The position numbers and the translations under genes were made by a program. Positions 13,601-24,392 of a stretch of DNA of 64,000 nucleotides are shown here, piece after piece. Source of the DNA: Orbicella franksi (Eukaryota). The notes beneath the pieces are model-generated. The model saw only the letters and a program-made list of their open reading frames with translations. It searched no databases and was not told where the DNA came from. How positions within the stretch are numbered: the first letter of the stretch is position 1; each line of letters begins with the position of its first letter. The stretch lies in assembly GCA_964199315.1 (NCBI GenBank), contig OZ116702.1, forward strand, positions 14,694,001 to 14,758,000, written 5' to 3'.

Positions 13601-15177
13601 GTTCGCTCTAGAACTTCAAGAAATTAACCCATTGGATACAGTCAAGATCACCAGTGAAAGATTAGCACAACTCCAAAAAGCCACAGAACACGATCCTGTA
13701 ATGCAGACACTCAAGAGCACCATACTCGTGGGATGGCCTGACACAAGAGAACAAGTTCCTATATCCATCCGAGAGTACTGGAATTTCAGAGAAGATCTCA
13801 CACTGCACAATGGCATACTCTTTAAAAGCCAGCGCATTATCATTCCTCGTGCGTTGAGAACTGAGGTGATATCACGGCTACACGCCAGTCATCTTGGAAT
13901 AGAAGCATGCCTGAGAAAAGCAAGAGATCGAGTCTACTGGCCAGCCATGAACAGTGACATCAAAGAAGCAGTAGCGAAGTGTGACGTGTGTGCCGAGTAT
14001 CAAGCGAGTAACCCTCAACAGCCACTGCAGACTCACAAGATTCCAGACAGGCCTTGGAGTCGACTAGCCGCAGATTTGTTTACGCTTCACTCTAAGGACT
14101 ATATAGTCCTTGTAGATTATTACTCCGACTTTGTCGAAGTCAGCCCTCTCAAGCAGACCACCTCGTCAGCCATAATCAAGTTCATGAGAGTACAGTTCAG
14201 TCGATACGGTATTCCGGATATCTTGGTTTCCGACAATGGACCACAGTTCGCCAGCAGAGAGTTTGCCGAGTTCGCAAAACAGTGGGAGTTTCAACATGTC
14301 ACCTCATCTCCTTACCACCCAAAGTCCAACGGAAAGGCAGAATCAGCAGTCAAAGCTGTCAAAAGTCTCTTCAAGAAGGCCCTGAAAGATGACAAAGACC
14401 CCTGGCTAAGTTTGTTGTCCTACAGAAATACCCCTACAGCTGAAATACAGTCAAGCCCAGTCCAGCGGCTGATGTCAAGAAGAACAAAGACACTAGTTCC
14501 CATAGCAACCAACCTGCTGTATCCTGAAGTCCCTGAAGGAGTGCCAGACAAAATCCAGCAGAAACGTCAGAAAGCCAAGAGCTACCATGATAGAAATGTC
14601 AAAGTGTTACCAGACCTCGACATTGGTCAGGAGGTACGCATTGCTCCACTCCACAGAGGCAAGTCTTGGGAAGCGGGAACCTGTCTACAGAAGCTTTCTG
14701 ATAGATCCTACCTGGTAGAAGCCAACGGAGAAGTGTTGCGGCGAAATAGACAAGCAATCAAGCCAACTCCAGAAGCACTACCAGCATCAGAGGATGACCC
14801 CGAAACAGCCCTGTCACCGCCCACAGACTCTCTGTCCAGCACAGCCAGTCCTGTGCCCAGTCCACCAGCACTAAGATCGAGTTCTAGGACTATCAAACCA
14901 CCCGTGAGATTCCAGGACTACGTGTGTTAAGGACATGGACCATAGTTCTCATACCTTTATAGTACAGTTACAGTTTCAGAACAATGAACAATAAGATGCT
15001 ATTAGAGAGAAAGTTTAGTTTTTTATGCGTTGATAAAAGGGGAGATGTTACAATATACGCCTCTTCCGGTTGATTGTTATTCGTAGTGATTGTGCAATGA
15101 CGATATATCGAGTTACGTGTGATCCGAATAAAGTTCTCATATCATCCTGCACATGGTCGTGTACACAACCTGATACA
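10656..15177 (+). mobile_element. Full-length Ty3/Gypsy LTR retrotransposon, defective
   Basis: 132-bp LTRs (10656-10787, 15046-15177; 1 mismatch; TG...CA), 5-bp TSD ACTAC, PBS TGGTGTCAGAAGT (10788-10800, matches the tRNA-Leu 3' end) and PPT AAAAGGGGAGA (15035-15045). Confidence 0.95.
10899..14930 (+). pseudogene. Gag-Pol (zinc knuckles, protease, RT, RNase H, integrase), frameshifted
   Basis: Zinc knuckles CFNCGG...H...C and CKAC...H...C; protease LDTGATCN; RT VLRDDILV; RNase H CDASEKGLGA; integrase HASHLG...CDVC, SDNGPQF, NGKAESAV. Frameshifts near 11490, 12528 and 12598. Confidence 0.92.
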
Positions 15178-16930
15178 ACTACGACTACTCATTTCTTGTC
15201 ATGCTGCTTCGTTGTCAATGTTCAACCTCCATGAACATCTGTGCCCATAGAGGAACTGATACATTATTGTTTCATTCAAAGACATCTGTTCATCTAGAAT
15301 CTTTAACAAGAAAATACTGCTAAATATGCTTGGAGGACTGAATTGTAGACACAAAGAAACGGAAACTATACAGCTTGTTTTCATTGTTCATATTGGGCAT
15401 GTTATAAACATGCACATTTGCATGTGCTCTGGATTCTACTACGTTAAAGGTTGAGAAGTTGAAATCCAGCAGAAGCCATTGTTTTGTCAAGGCAAGATTT
15501 ACATGCTTGCCTCTTGACAATTTCCAGGCTGAGGTTGTCCCTTGTGGCAGCCTTGCTTGAGCAACCGCATGGGTTCTTGATTTCTCATTTGACCTGGCTC
15601 ACATGATGGAAAATATTCCTACTAACAAAATTCAAATTCAGTTCTCTTTTTCAAAACTATCCTCTCCGATTCCAAAAATATGAACAGCAACACCACCTGG
15701 AATCAACAAGCAGTAAACCTCCAGTTCAGTGCTCCAAGAGTGGAAAGAATAATGAAAAAAAGCATACAAAGAAAGAATCATATATTAAAATAAAAAAAAA
15801 AACTCAATAATTGTTTTGCAAAGTAGTTCAGCTTCAGCCAAAGTAATAAAAAAAACTTAAATTGAGTTTGAAAATGAAATTAGAGCAAGAAGCAAATAGC
15901 AAATGGTTATTTTTTATGGAAGAAAACTAAACTGACTTTCAGATATACCAAAAAGCATGACAATAAATCAACATTTGCAAGCAATAGAAAAGGACAATAT
16001 TCTAGGGGGCGGTACCTTTGGAACAGGTGTAAAGGGTGATATCAATGCTAAAATGTTTGTTTCAAGTCCTTTCATATGAAAAGTCTAAGATCATTAATGA
16101 AAGTATTGTTCGTTCCTACTTCTCACTCTATTACTGTTTACTTTTTGGAGTTAGCTTAGATCCAGATCCAATTATAATTAAACCAATTTATTGAATGTGA
16201 TCAAGAAATTATAACACTAAGCAGACAACTATTTTAGGAAGCTAACATCTGCAAAATGTTAGACAATTGCTCGCCAGAGCACATAATCTTGATAAATTTC
16301 AGCCATCTATTTGATTCGCACACTCCCCGAAATTTAGGCTACGACTTAGACAATAAAGAAAATGCCAGTGGCAGATCTGCATTAAAGAGTTGATTATTTG
16401 AAAATTGAGCTTCTTAGTTGACTTGTTTGCATCCAGCTAATATGACATTACAGCTGTCATCACTTTTTACATTTTATTCCTTTTTAGCCTACACTGTATC
16501 ACACATTCAACATCCTTCTCATAGCATGAAACAAACGACACCCTCAAAATTGACCAATCACAACCCATCAGCATGACCTTAAATTGTGGCCAATTTTGAT
16601 TGAGTGATATGAAACAAATAAGGTCTGCATCAGTTGTGATTGGCTCATTTCAAGAGCATGCCTAAAGACAATGTTGAAAGATGTGCACAATGCATGTAAC
16701 TCTGAATGAGACCATGCAAACATCATTATTAGTTAACAACTGTTGACTTGAACCTTGATCTTCACCTTTTCAAAATGAGTGTATTCTTGACTGGTTAAAC
16801 TTTCAGATAATCAATTCATTGATGCACTCTTGGAGTCTGTTATTGAGATTTTAGAAAATCACATCATGTCATTTTTTGTTATAGTTAAAAAAACGATTTA
16901 TGATTTGTTATTCTTCTAACTTACTTTAGA

Positions 16931-19140
16931 AATGGAAAACCGTTTTATCATGGCTGCTCTTCCACATGTTCTTGGGGAGAAGAAGTCAGCCAAACACCAG
17001 CCAGGTGTTAACTTTTGGAAAATTGTGCCGGTAAGATTACTTTTATCAGCTATGGTCAATGATTCCCAGAATTGAGAATGACATATTTCAAGTTATTGAA
17101 AGCTGTAGTGATGCTTAATATTTTAGTATAAATATTTAATACACGCAGCAGAATTAAGGTGGCTAAACAGTTTTCACGCACGCTTAGCATTGCAAAAAAC
17201 AAACATGCCGTCAATATAGTGATCATTTTATTTACTCAACACCCGCACTATCTGTGCTATTTTTCTCTATAATTGAACGCAGTGTATTGATGGCTGTAGA
17301 CTTTTTTTCAAGGATATGTTAGAAAAGGTAATGATGCAGAGAACCCAGCAATTCTCAGCTTTGTTACCGAAAGAACCCAGTTAAATGCAGCGCATGCCCA
17401 GTTGCTCGAAAAATTGAGACTGATTGCTTTTGCAGAAACTTGCCGATTTCTAAGAATCCAGTCGTTAGAATTTCAAGAAGTTTGGCAAAAAAAATAGATC
17501 GGAAACCACATGAATGATCTATCACAAAAAATCTGAATTTTGACATGGGGAATTTTTAATAATACAGAGCATGCAGTGAAAATGATTTACAGTAAATTAC
17601 GAAAATTGTCTATGTCAAAATTTTATTAGAACGGTGTCGACAGAAGGGATTTAATGTCAATTCGTGGTGGGCAAATGATGAAAAAAATCTAACGACTGGA
17701 TTTTTTTAAATAAACAAAAACCATTTTTTTAAGCCTTGTTTTTAACCAGCCCCATTGCCATGGCAAGAGCACACAACTTAGCCAAAATGCAAGAATAAAC
17801 CGTTCTGTGGTTCACCTTGACTCTTACAAAAAATGGGCGCCATAGGAGTAATAGTTTAAAAGCAATGGTGAATTAGGCATAGCCACTTGAAAACTGTGTT
17901 CGGCCACCTTAAAAGAACTCAGGAAACAATAACCTGCATAACTGGTGGTTTCAGTGGGCTTTTGTGGACTGGAATGAATGGCAGAGACAAAACCAGGATA
18001 AGAATGGTGGTTTCTCCCTATTTCTTGTCCACCATTCTTCGCAAGGCTTTGACTTTGCTGCTTGTTTCACGCCATAAAAGCCCACCGAAAACCGTCCTGG
18101 AGTATGCTCCCTTATAGTAATATGGGCTATATTGGTATGTGCGGCCCCAAAGGGTATGGTTTTTCAGCTGTTTTTTGGTCATAAATAGGGTATTGATCTT
18201 GCCCATTTTGGTAATGAATAGGAATGGTTTTTGCACTCTAGTCTTCAATTGGGTGTGTTTTTTTAGAAGAAGCTTCTTTTTTATCATTATCGATAAGACC
18301 ATGAGTAAAAGTCCTTCACAGTGCCTTTAATGTCGGTCTCAACTAGGTAACTACGGCAGGCCTAAAACAGGATGTTGTTTAAATGATCAGGTCATAAATA
18401 AGGTATCGAACTTTAACCAAGTGTTAGCACTGTAGTGGATGAATATCGGCCCAAGGTCTTGACACTACGGACCAAGTGCAGACTGACTTGGGAATTTTTT
18501 GTTGTACAAACACTTCTATAGCCATGCTTCAATCCTGTCAGAGTTTTCAGATTGATTTGTTTTGTCTTGTACATGCCTGGATTATGTGGTAGCTTTACAG
18601 CTAATTTTTTTTATCTACAGCCCTTGCAGTCGTATATGATTAATTCATTTAGTACCAATATTTTATTGCCACAATACTTTAATTAATGATAATATTTTCA
18701 CACTTTTTTTAAACATGGTAAAAGCAAGTTCAGAATAGCACGATACTTTTGTACACTACAAAATTTTAATTCAAGAAATACCTATTTGGAAATGTTTGGT
18801 TTGTTATAGAATGATTCTGAAGTGGATGCCAATGGAGAGGTTGAGGTGACAACAGCACCTCGCCTTATTTCAACTGGGGGATATTTCAATGACATCCAGT
18901 CATTGATGCTAGCAGCGGAAGGCATGGTCGTGTGCAAATTTAAGAAATTTGATATTGTAAATGCCATTTTAAGCCTAATAGGCAGCTACTTCTTATTTAA
19001 TGCTGATTACCCAAAGGGCCCAGGTGGCCAAAGCAAAAAACACATATCTATTTTTAGAGAAAATTTTATTGTCAAATTTTACAAAGCAGAATAGACCTGC
19101 ACAGCTTCCGATTGGTGTGCAAACAGTAGTAATGGAGCTT
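16931..19140 (+). pseudogene. Exon remnants of the SAMD3-like second gene typical of animal EnSpm elements
   Basis: An AG...GT-bounded exon near 16931-17004 (MENRFIMAALPHVLGEK) and a last exon from about 18790 encoding APRLISTGG...LAAEGMVV...AILSLIGSYFLFNADYPK. Recognised from memory of the family pattern; no profile search run. Confidence 0.55.
18095..18420. repeat. Common dispersed non-coding repeat (GTATGTGCGGCCCCAAAGGGTATGGTTTTTCAGC family)
   Basis: Repeated AAATAGGGTAT-type motifs and no credible coding frame. Family recognised from memory only; ends not defined. Confidence 0.4.
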
Positions 19141-19731
19141 AAGTAATGCATCATCTTACTGTAACATAAGTATTATCCTACTGTAACAAATTACGGAGAT
19201 TCATCAGTTTTCCAAGGATAAGCATTTTTGTCAAAGTATATCTCTTCAGTTCCCTGCCCCCAGGTGGGGATTGGGTCAGGTTTCAGACTATATTGTTCTA
19301 GTTTAAAACACTGTATTATTTTTGAAGGGTGATTATTAAAGGAAGTTGCAACAAAAAAATATCTGTCAATATGATCTATTTTATGTTGTCATTTCAACTT
19401 ATCAAAAACAGTTATTACTACTGATACATTTGGGATTAAAATAGCAAATTTGTTTAACCGATTTTTTGTTGTTGTTAAATTGACAAGAAGTAACTAAAAA
19501 AAAGGGTTCTCTCAGATGCACCCTGGATACCTTTTTAATTAGTCAAATGAACCAATTTGTGTGGTTACAAAACTAAAAAAGAATAGTCATTTTAACCAAA
19601 GGTAATGGTTGTTCCAACTTATAATAAACAGGTTAAAACTACTAATTTTAATTGGTTAAAATGACATGAAAAGTGGCGGCAAAGCAACTAAAAAAAATGG
19701 TTGAGACAAAACAATCAATTGTTATTATGAT

Positions 19732-20366
19732 TATAATAATGATAATAATAATGTTTTTTTGGCACATTTACAAAACTCAATGCGCTTACATTACTATAAA
19801 AAATAAATTAGTTAAATCCTATAAAATATTTCTAATAACAGTAATAAATAAAATAAATGAAATAATTAAAATACAGATCCTCATAAAATAAAATAAATCA
19901 AAAGTAAGATTTCCGAAACGGGAATGTTTTGAGGGCAGATATCAAAGATGAAAGAGATGTACTTTTAACAGAATCTGGTAGACTGTTCCATAATATAGGT
20001 GCGGAGAAAGAAAAGGCACGTTCACCGTATGTCACAGAGTTCACATTAGGGACAGTGAAAAGAAGTTTAGAGGATGAGCGTAGGCTCCTTTGCAGGTGGT
20101 ATTGTTGTAGGAGGGACGACAAGTAGGCTGGACAAAGTCCATGGATAATCTTAAAAGTGATGAGCAGAAGTTTGAATATAATCCGTGATTCAACAGGTAG
20201 CCAGTGTAATTCTCGAAGGGCAGGTTTGATGTGGTCGTATTGCTTGATTCCAGTGATAAGGCCTGCGGCAGTGTTTTGCACTCTGAAGTTTATCCAGATC
20301 CTGTTTTGGGAGACCATAAAGGATACTATTACAGTAGTCCATACGGGATATTACAAGCACATTAAC
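19732..20366 (-). mobile_element. 5'-truncated L2/CR1-clade LINE 3' end
   Basis: C-terminal ORF2 motifs LHWLPVESRIIFKLLL...PAYLSSLL...RSLRS...YGERAFSFSAPILWNSLP, then an AT-rich UTR and an (ATT)n tail on the minus strand. Confidence 0.85.
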
Positions 20367-20517
20367 TAACAGTCATAATAATTAGTTGTTTCAAACTAAG
20401 AGGAACCAGTTAATTCAAACCATTTTAAACAGTGATAACAACCCAAAAAAAGGGTTCTCTCAGATGCATTTGGCAACATTTTTAAATGGTTATTTTAACT
20501 AGTCAGTTTTTACAGTG

Positions 20518-20604
20518 TATCTCTGCAACTTTGAAACCACATTTGAGGCAAACTTTGTCTCCAGGGTTCAATTTAGATCCACATGAGACACAAAACTCTG
20601 CCAT
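20518..20604 (-). pseudogene. 5' part of the split ORF; N-terminal double-CxxC zinc ribbon
   Basis: ATG at 20604-20602 in AAAATGG context; encodes CVSC...CLKC; joins 541-284 in frame. Confidence 0.75.
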
Positions 20605-20674
20605 TTTAGATGCGCCAAAATGGCGGGAAAACCGCTGATGCTGGTAGACTGCTGGCACAAGGAACACCTGAGAA

Positions 20675-20910
20675 AATATTTTTTTTCGGATTTGCAAAAT
20701 AGTTTTCTGGATTTAGCGACAATTCTTGGATTTGCAAACTTGTTTGGGATTTGCAAAATAATATTTGTGGATTCAATAATTTTATGAAGATTTGTAATAG
20801 TTTTGAGATTTGATAAACTCTTCAGCGATGATTTCCAAAAAACATTACAATTTGAAATATTTTTTCAGATCTCGTAAATATTTTGGGATTGTCCCTTATT
20901 GGCTTCTGTA
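20675..20910 (-). repeat. Subterminal GATTTGCAAA-type repeats and putative transposon end TACAGAAGCC (possibly IS3EU-like)
   Basis: Several GATTTG(C/T)AA motifs; the minus strand starts TACAGAAGCCAATAAGGGACAA at 20910. The partner end is not in the window. Confidence 0.35.
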
Positions 20911-21127
20911 CTAACCTGCTAGAAACGAAAACAGTAGTAGGCAAGTGCCTGTGACCAGATAATCAAAAGGAACGTGGAAGAGTCTTCTTGCATTTGATTT
21001 CCTTGGTATTTGGACTTTAACTATGGTAGAAAAGTCATGTTTAGCTCACCTTCTGTAAGATATTACATTCAAATATTAAGCACTGGTGTATTCAAAATCC
21101 TACACGATAACCTAGTTTAACACTTGC

Positions 21128-21310
21128 TTGGTGAAAACTGGCTCATAATACAGAACCAACCACTACTCAGAGAAATCTTTAAAGATCCACCAATCATATC
21201 TTTCAAGAAAGGAAAATCCTTGAAAGATATGCTTGTTAGAACGAAAATATAAAAGGTTCTCAAATGTTTCACACCGGTATAGATTGTGCGGCCTGTCACC
21301 CCTGCCATCA
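21128..21310 (+). mobile_element. Penelope-like retroelement 3' fragment
   Basis: Encodes NWLIIQNQPLLREIFKDPPIISFKKGKSLKDMLVRTKI*, the characteristic PLE post-RT C-terminal segment, followed by a short UTR. Confidence 0.7.
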
Positions 21311-21602
21311 ATTACCGTTTACGTTTTCCAGACAGAACCCTATTCTACCCGTGAAACCACTAATTAGCAGATCAAAATATTCTACTGTTCATGTATATAC
21401 CTTGAACATGAGAGTCTACTCAAAATACACACAATACACAACATATTTCCTCATATTTAAGAGGAATAAACACATATGCTGTATACTACTACATGACTCT
21501 ACATTTCCAAAAAACATGTTACAAAGCCTAAATTTTTCACAAACAAACCTTTTCAAAAACAGAACTCAGCTTAACAACAAACAGGATTGAACCTACAGCA
21601 AC

Positions 21603-21669
21603 CTGATTGGATGGCGAGGACCAATCGGAATGCAATCGATCCTACTTACAGACGTGTGTGGATATAAAA
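21603..21669 (+). promoter_or_regulatory. Putative Pol II promoter (two CCAAT boxes and a TATA box) upstream of the hammerhead
   Basis: CTGATTGG (21603-21610), CCAATC (21621-21626), TATAAAA (21663-21669). Confidence 0.45.
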
Positions 21670-21738
21670 ACCCAAATTGATCCAAAGCATGGCGGATAGG
21701 AAAAGAGTTCAGTTGACCTCTTCCATTCCACCTCATAT

Positions 21739-21781
21739 AGCAACTGACGAGAATCGTAAGATTAGAAACCGCGGTCTTGCT
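21739..21781 (+). ncRNA. Minimal type I hammerhead ribozyme (Penelope-associated type), one stem II mismatch
   Basis: AGCAA-CTGACGA-GAATC GTAA GATTA-GAAAC CGCG GTC-TTGCT. Stem I AGCAA/TTGCT, core CUGACGA and GAAA, stem II with a GNRA loop, palindromic short stem III ACCGCGGT, and a GUC cleavage triplet at 21774-21776. Confidence 0.8.
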
Positions 21782-22364
21782 TGAAACAGATTCTCTGATC
21801 TCAAGAGAAAATGAAGGATAAACTTAACGAGTTGCTCTCCCAAAGCATCCTGAGCCCATTGAACGACAAAGGTTACGAAGAATTCGAAGCCTCAAATGAC
21901 AAGGACTTAGAGTTGTACGGTGGCCGAGAACTGCCATTAAAAATATTCAAATTTGTAGGAAATATTTTTGTTATTTATTTTTTTAATTTTGATTTATTAC
22001 TTATTTTCTTTTTAAAATAAAAGCAAGTGAAAGTAAAATGTAAAATAGAAATGAAATGAAACCCAGATAACTGAAATCAAATCAAAATTAAATTAATTGC
22101 CCAGCCAAGCGCTGCCACTCGTGTGTTGTTTTTTTCGGTCCGAAAAAAAAAATTGTTTGTGGCCAAACGCTGCCACATGGCTGAGGGCTGCCAAACAAAG
22201 CCAGAATGCTTTGCAGGATTATGGCAAGCTGTTTGTAGCAAAATTTAATCCTTGCAATATATGTTTAATCCTTTAAATAATGGTTTTATTTAAAGATGTA
22301 AATAGGCATTCAATCCAATAGTAAATAAAACTTTTGGTTCTATTCAATCTTTAATTTTCATGAT

Positions 22365-22510
22365 TCAATCTAATACCTGGAATACTGATTCAATCCAATA
22401 CCTGGAATATTGATTCAATCCAATACCTGGAATATTGATTCAATCTAATACCTGGAATATTGATTCAATCCAATAGCTGGAATATTGATTCAATCCAATA
22501 CCTGCAATAT
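22365..22510 (+). repeat. 25-bp tandem repeat (about 6 copies) in the left arm; inverted counterpart about 24915-25015
   Basis: Unit ATTGATTCAATCCAATACCTGGAAT. Confidence 0.85.
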
Positions 22511-23494
22511 TGAGTAACTGAGCACTAGAGAGCACTGAAAACATGGCGGGCGAAGGAGAACTAGATTTAGAAGTTGAGTTTCCCAAGTGTCTTGAAAACA
22601 TCTTGGATAAAACGGAAATAATTTTTGAGAATTTTGACTCAGAAGTTGCAGAAGCACATGCTTGATCAAACCATTAGTCTGCTTAGGTAAATGAGGCATT
22701 GCTACAACCGAGACACAGGGGACACGGAAAATTTAGATTCCATTACTGCCGCTTTTGTAGATGTAAATTAACCAATTTTTATGTGACAGACATATTTGTT
22801 TATCTAAAGCTAACTTTTTGTGGCAAATAACATAAACTGTGGCAAATTTTCCCACCACAGTCATTGGTCTTTGGTATTGTGCATATTTCTGCTGTCCAAT
22901 CATTACTGGCACACTAAACTTTGAACTGTAAACAAAATTTTTGCTGTGCCACATACACAGTCAAACATGTTTCTCATAAAAACTGCTTGTGTAAACCTGG
23001 CTTTATGTTATTTTTGAAATAAGAATTACATTTTACAAGACAGTAATCATTGAACATTGGGATGTGTTTTAAGTTTTTCAATGTTGTTGTCCAAAGTTTG
23101 GTTCTCATGTTTTGTATTATTTAACCTGCATGTGGTATTTCTTTCCTAAAAACAATGTTTTTCTTGATATTCTATGACAAACATTGCACCAGTTTGTTGT
23201 GAATATTGTGGCGTACCCAGAGCTCGAGGCTAACACTACTGCCAACTAGCCACACATTTCAGTTTTGAATGGTAGATTTTGCACTTTCGCTAGCCATTGT
23301 GACAATCATGATGGAATGTAGCATTGGTCTACTGGATGAAAGTAAAATTGAGAATTATCCTGACAAAGTAAAACTGAAAAGAGATAACAACTAATGAAAA
23401 CAAGGAAACCATGAGTGGATTTCATGAAAATAATTGCCTTAATAAGCATATGATAAATATTTATTAATATCTATTAAATAACTATTATTAAGAT

Positions 23495-24060
23495 GTAGAA
23501 TATTTCCAATTGTTTCTGGCTGAGGAGGGATACATTCTACTCGTCCATTGGTACCAATGGTACGATTGGTACCAATGGAATAGCACTCAATCCATTGCAA
23601 TTCCATTGGTGAAGCGCATGTCATCATAAAGACTTAGAATATTTCTGATGGCTTCAGGCTGAGTAGGGGTCCATTCTACTTGTCCATTGGTACCAATGGT
23701 ACGATTGGTACCAATGGAATAGCACTCAATCCATTGGTATTCCATTGGTGAAGCGCATGTCATTATAAAGACTTAGAATATTTCTGATGGCTTCAGGTTG
23801 AGTAGGGGTCCATTCTACTCGTCCACTGGTACCAATGGTACAATTGGTATCAATGGAATTGCACTTATTCGATTGGTGTTCCATTGGTGAAATGCATCTC
23901 ATTATAAAGTCATAGAATATTTCCAATTGTTTCTGGCTGAGTAGGGGTGCATTCTACTTGTCCATTGGTACCAATGATACGATTGGTACCAATGGAATAA
24001 CACTCAATCATTGGTATTCCATTGGTGAAGCGCATGTCAGTATAAAGACGAAGAATATTT
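23495..24060. repeat. About 139-bp tandem repeat (about 4 copies) with an internal palindrome
   Basis: Anchor CTCAATC recurs at 23586, 23725, about 23863 and 24003; units contain the palindrome CCATTGGTACCAATGG or close variants. Confidence 0.85.
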
Positions 24061-24068
24061 TTTGCATA

Positions 24069-24232
24069 TTCTTCATTCTTAAAGCATTCGAGCCCAAACA
24101 CACGCTAAATACAATTTATATTCTTTGTTCTTAAAGCGTACAAGCCCAAACACACACTAAATACTATGTATATTCTTCATTATTAAAGCGAGCCCAAACA
24201 CATGCTAAATACAATTTATATTCTTCGTTCTT
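24069..24232. repeat. About 52-bp tandem repeat (about 3 copies)
   Basis: Units start at 24069, 24121, 24173 and 24221 (TTCTTCATTCTTAAAGC...AGCCCAAACACACGCTAAATACAATTTATA). Confidence 0.75.
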
Positions 24233-24276
24233 ATGCCATTTGTGTTTGCATAAAGTGTGGGAGCCCAAAAGGGAAG

Positions 24277-24392
24277 CCGGTCGTTTCGCCTACAGGATGA
24301 TTCGCCTACAAGTTGATTCACCTACACTTAAGACGATTCGCCTACACGTTCTGAGATGTTTCGCCTACACTGAAGTCGATTTGCCTACAAGC
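24277..24392. repeat. TTCGCCTAC motif cluster (about 6 copies), probably a transposon subterminal relic
   Basis: Irregularly spaced TTCGCCTACA copies and close variants. Confidence 0.55.

Larger units (their letters stand above)
544..20517. mobile_element. EnSpm/CACTA-type DNA transposon (CACTG termini), non-autonomous here, swollen by nested insertions
   Basis: Identical 29-bp TIRs CACTGTAAAAACTGACTAGTTAAAATAAC (544-572 / 20489-20517), TA flanks at 542-543 and 20518-20519, and an empty site that restores an ORF. Internal SAMD3-like exons; no transposase found. Confidence 0.85.

Noticed and set aside
15183-15620. Possible decayed receptor-like ORF spanning the Gypsy insertion site (joins about 10600-10655)
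   Set aside because: The rejoined frames give only a vague SFSLLPVAVD resemblance and several stops; insufficient evidence.
22365-24392. Regularly spaced repeats as a possible CRISPR array
   Set aside because: The units are contiguous tandem copies without unique spacers, no cas genes are present, and the context is eukaryotic.
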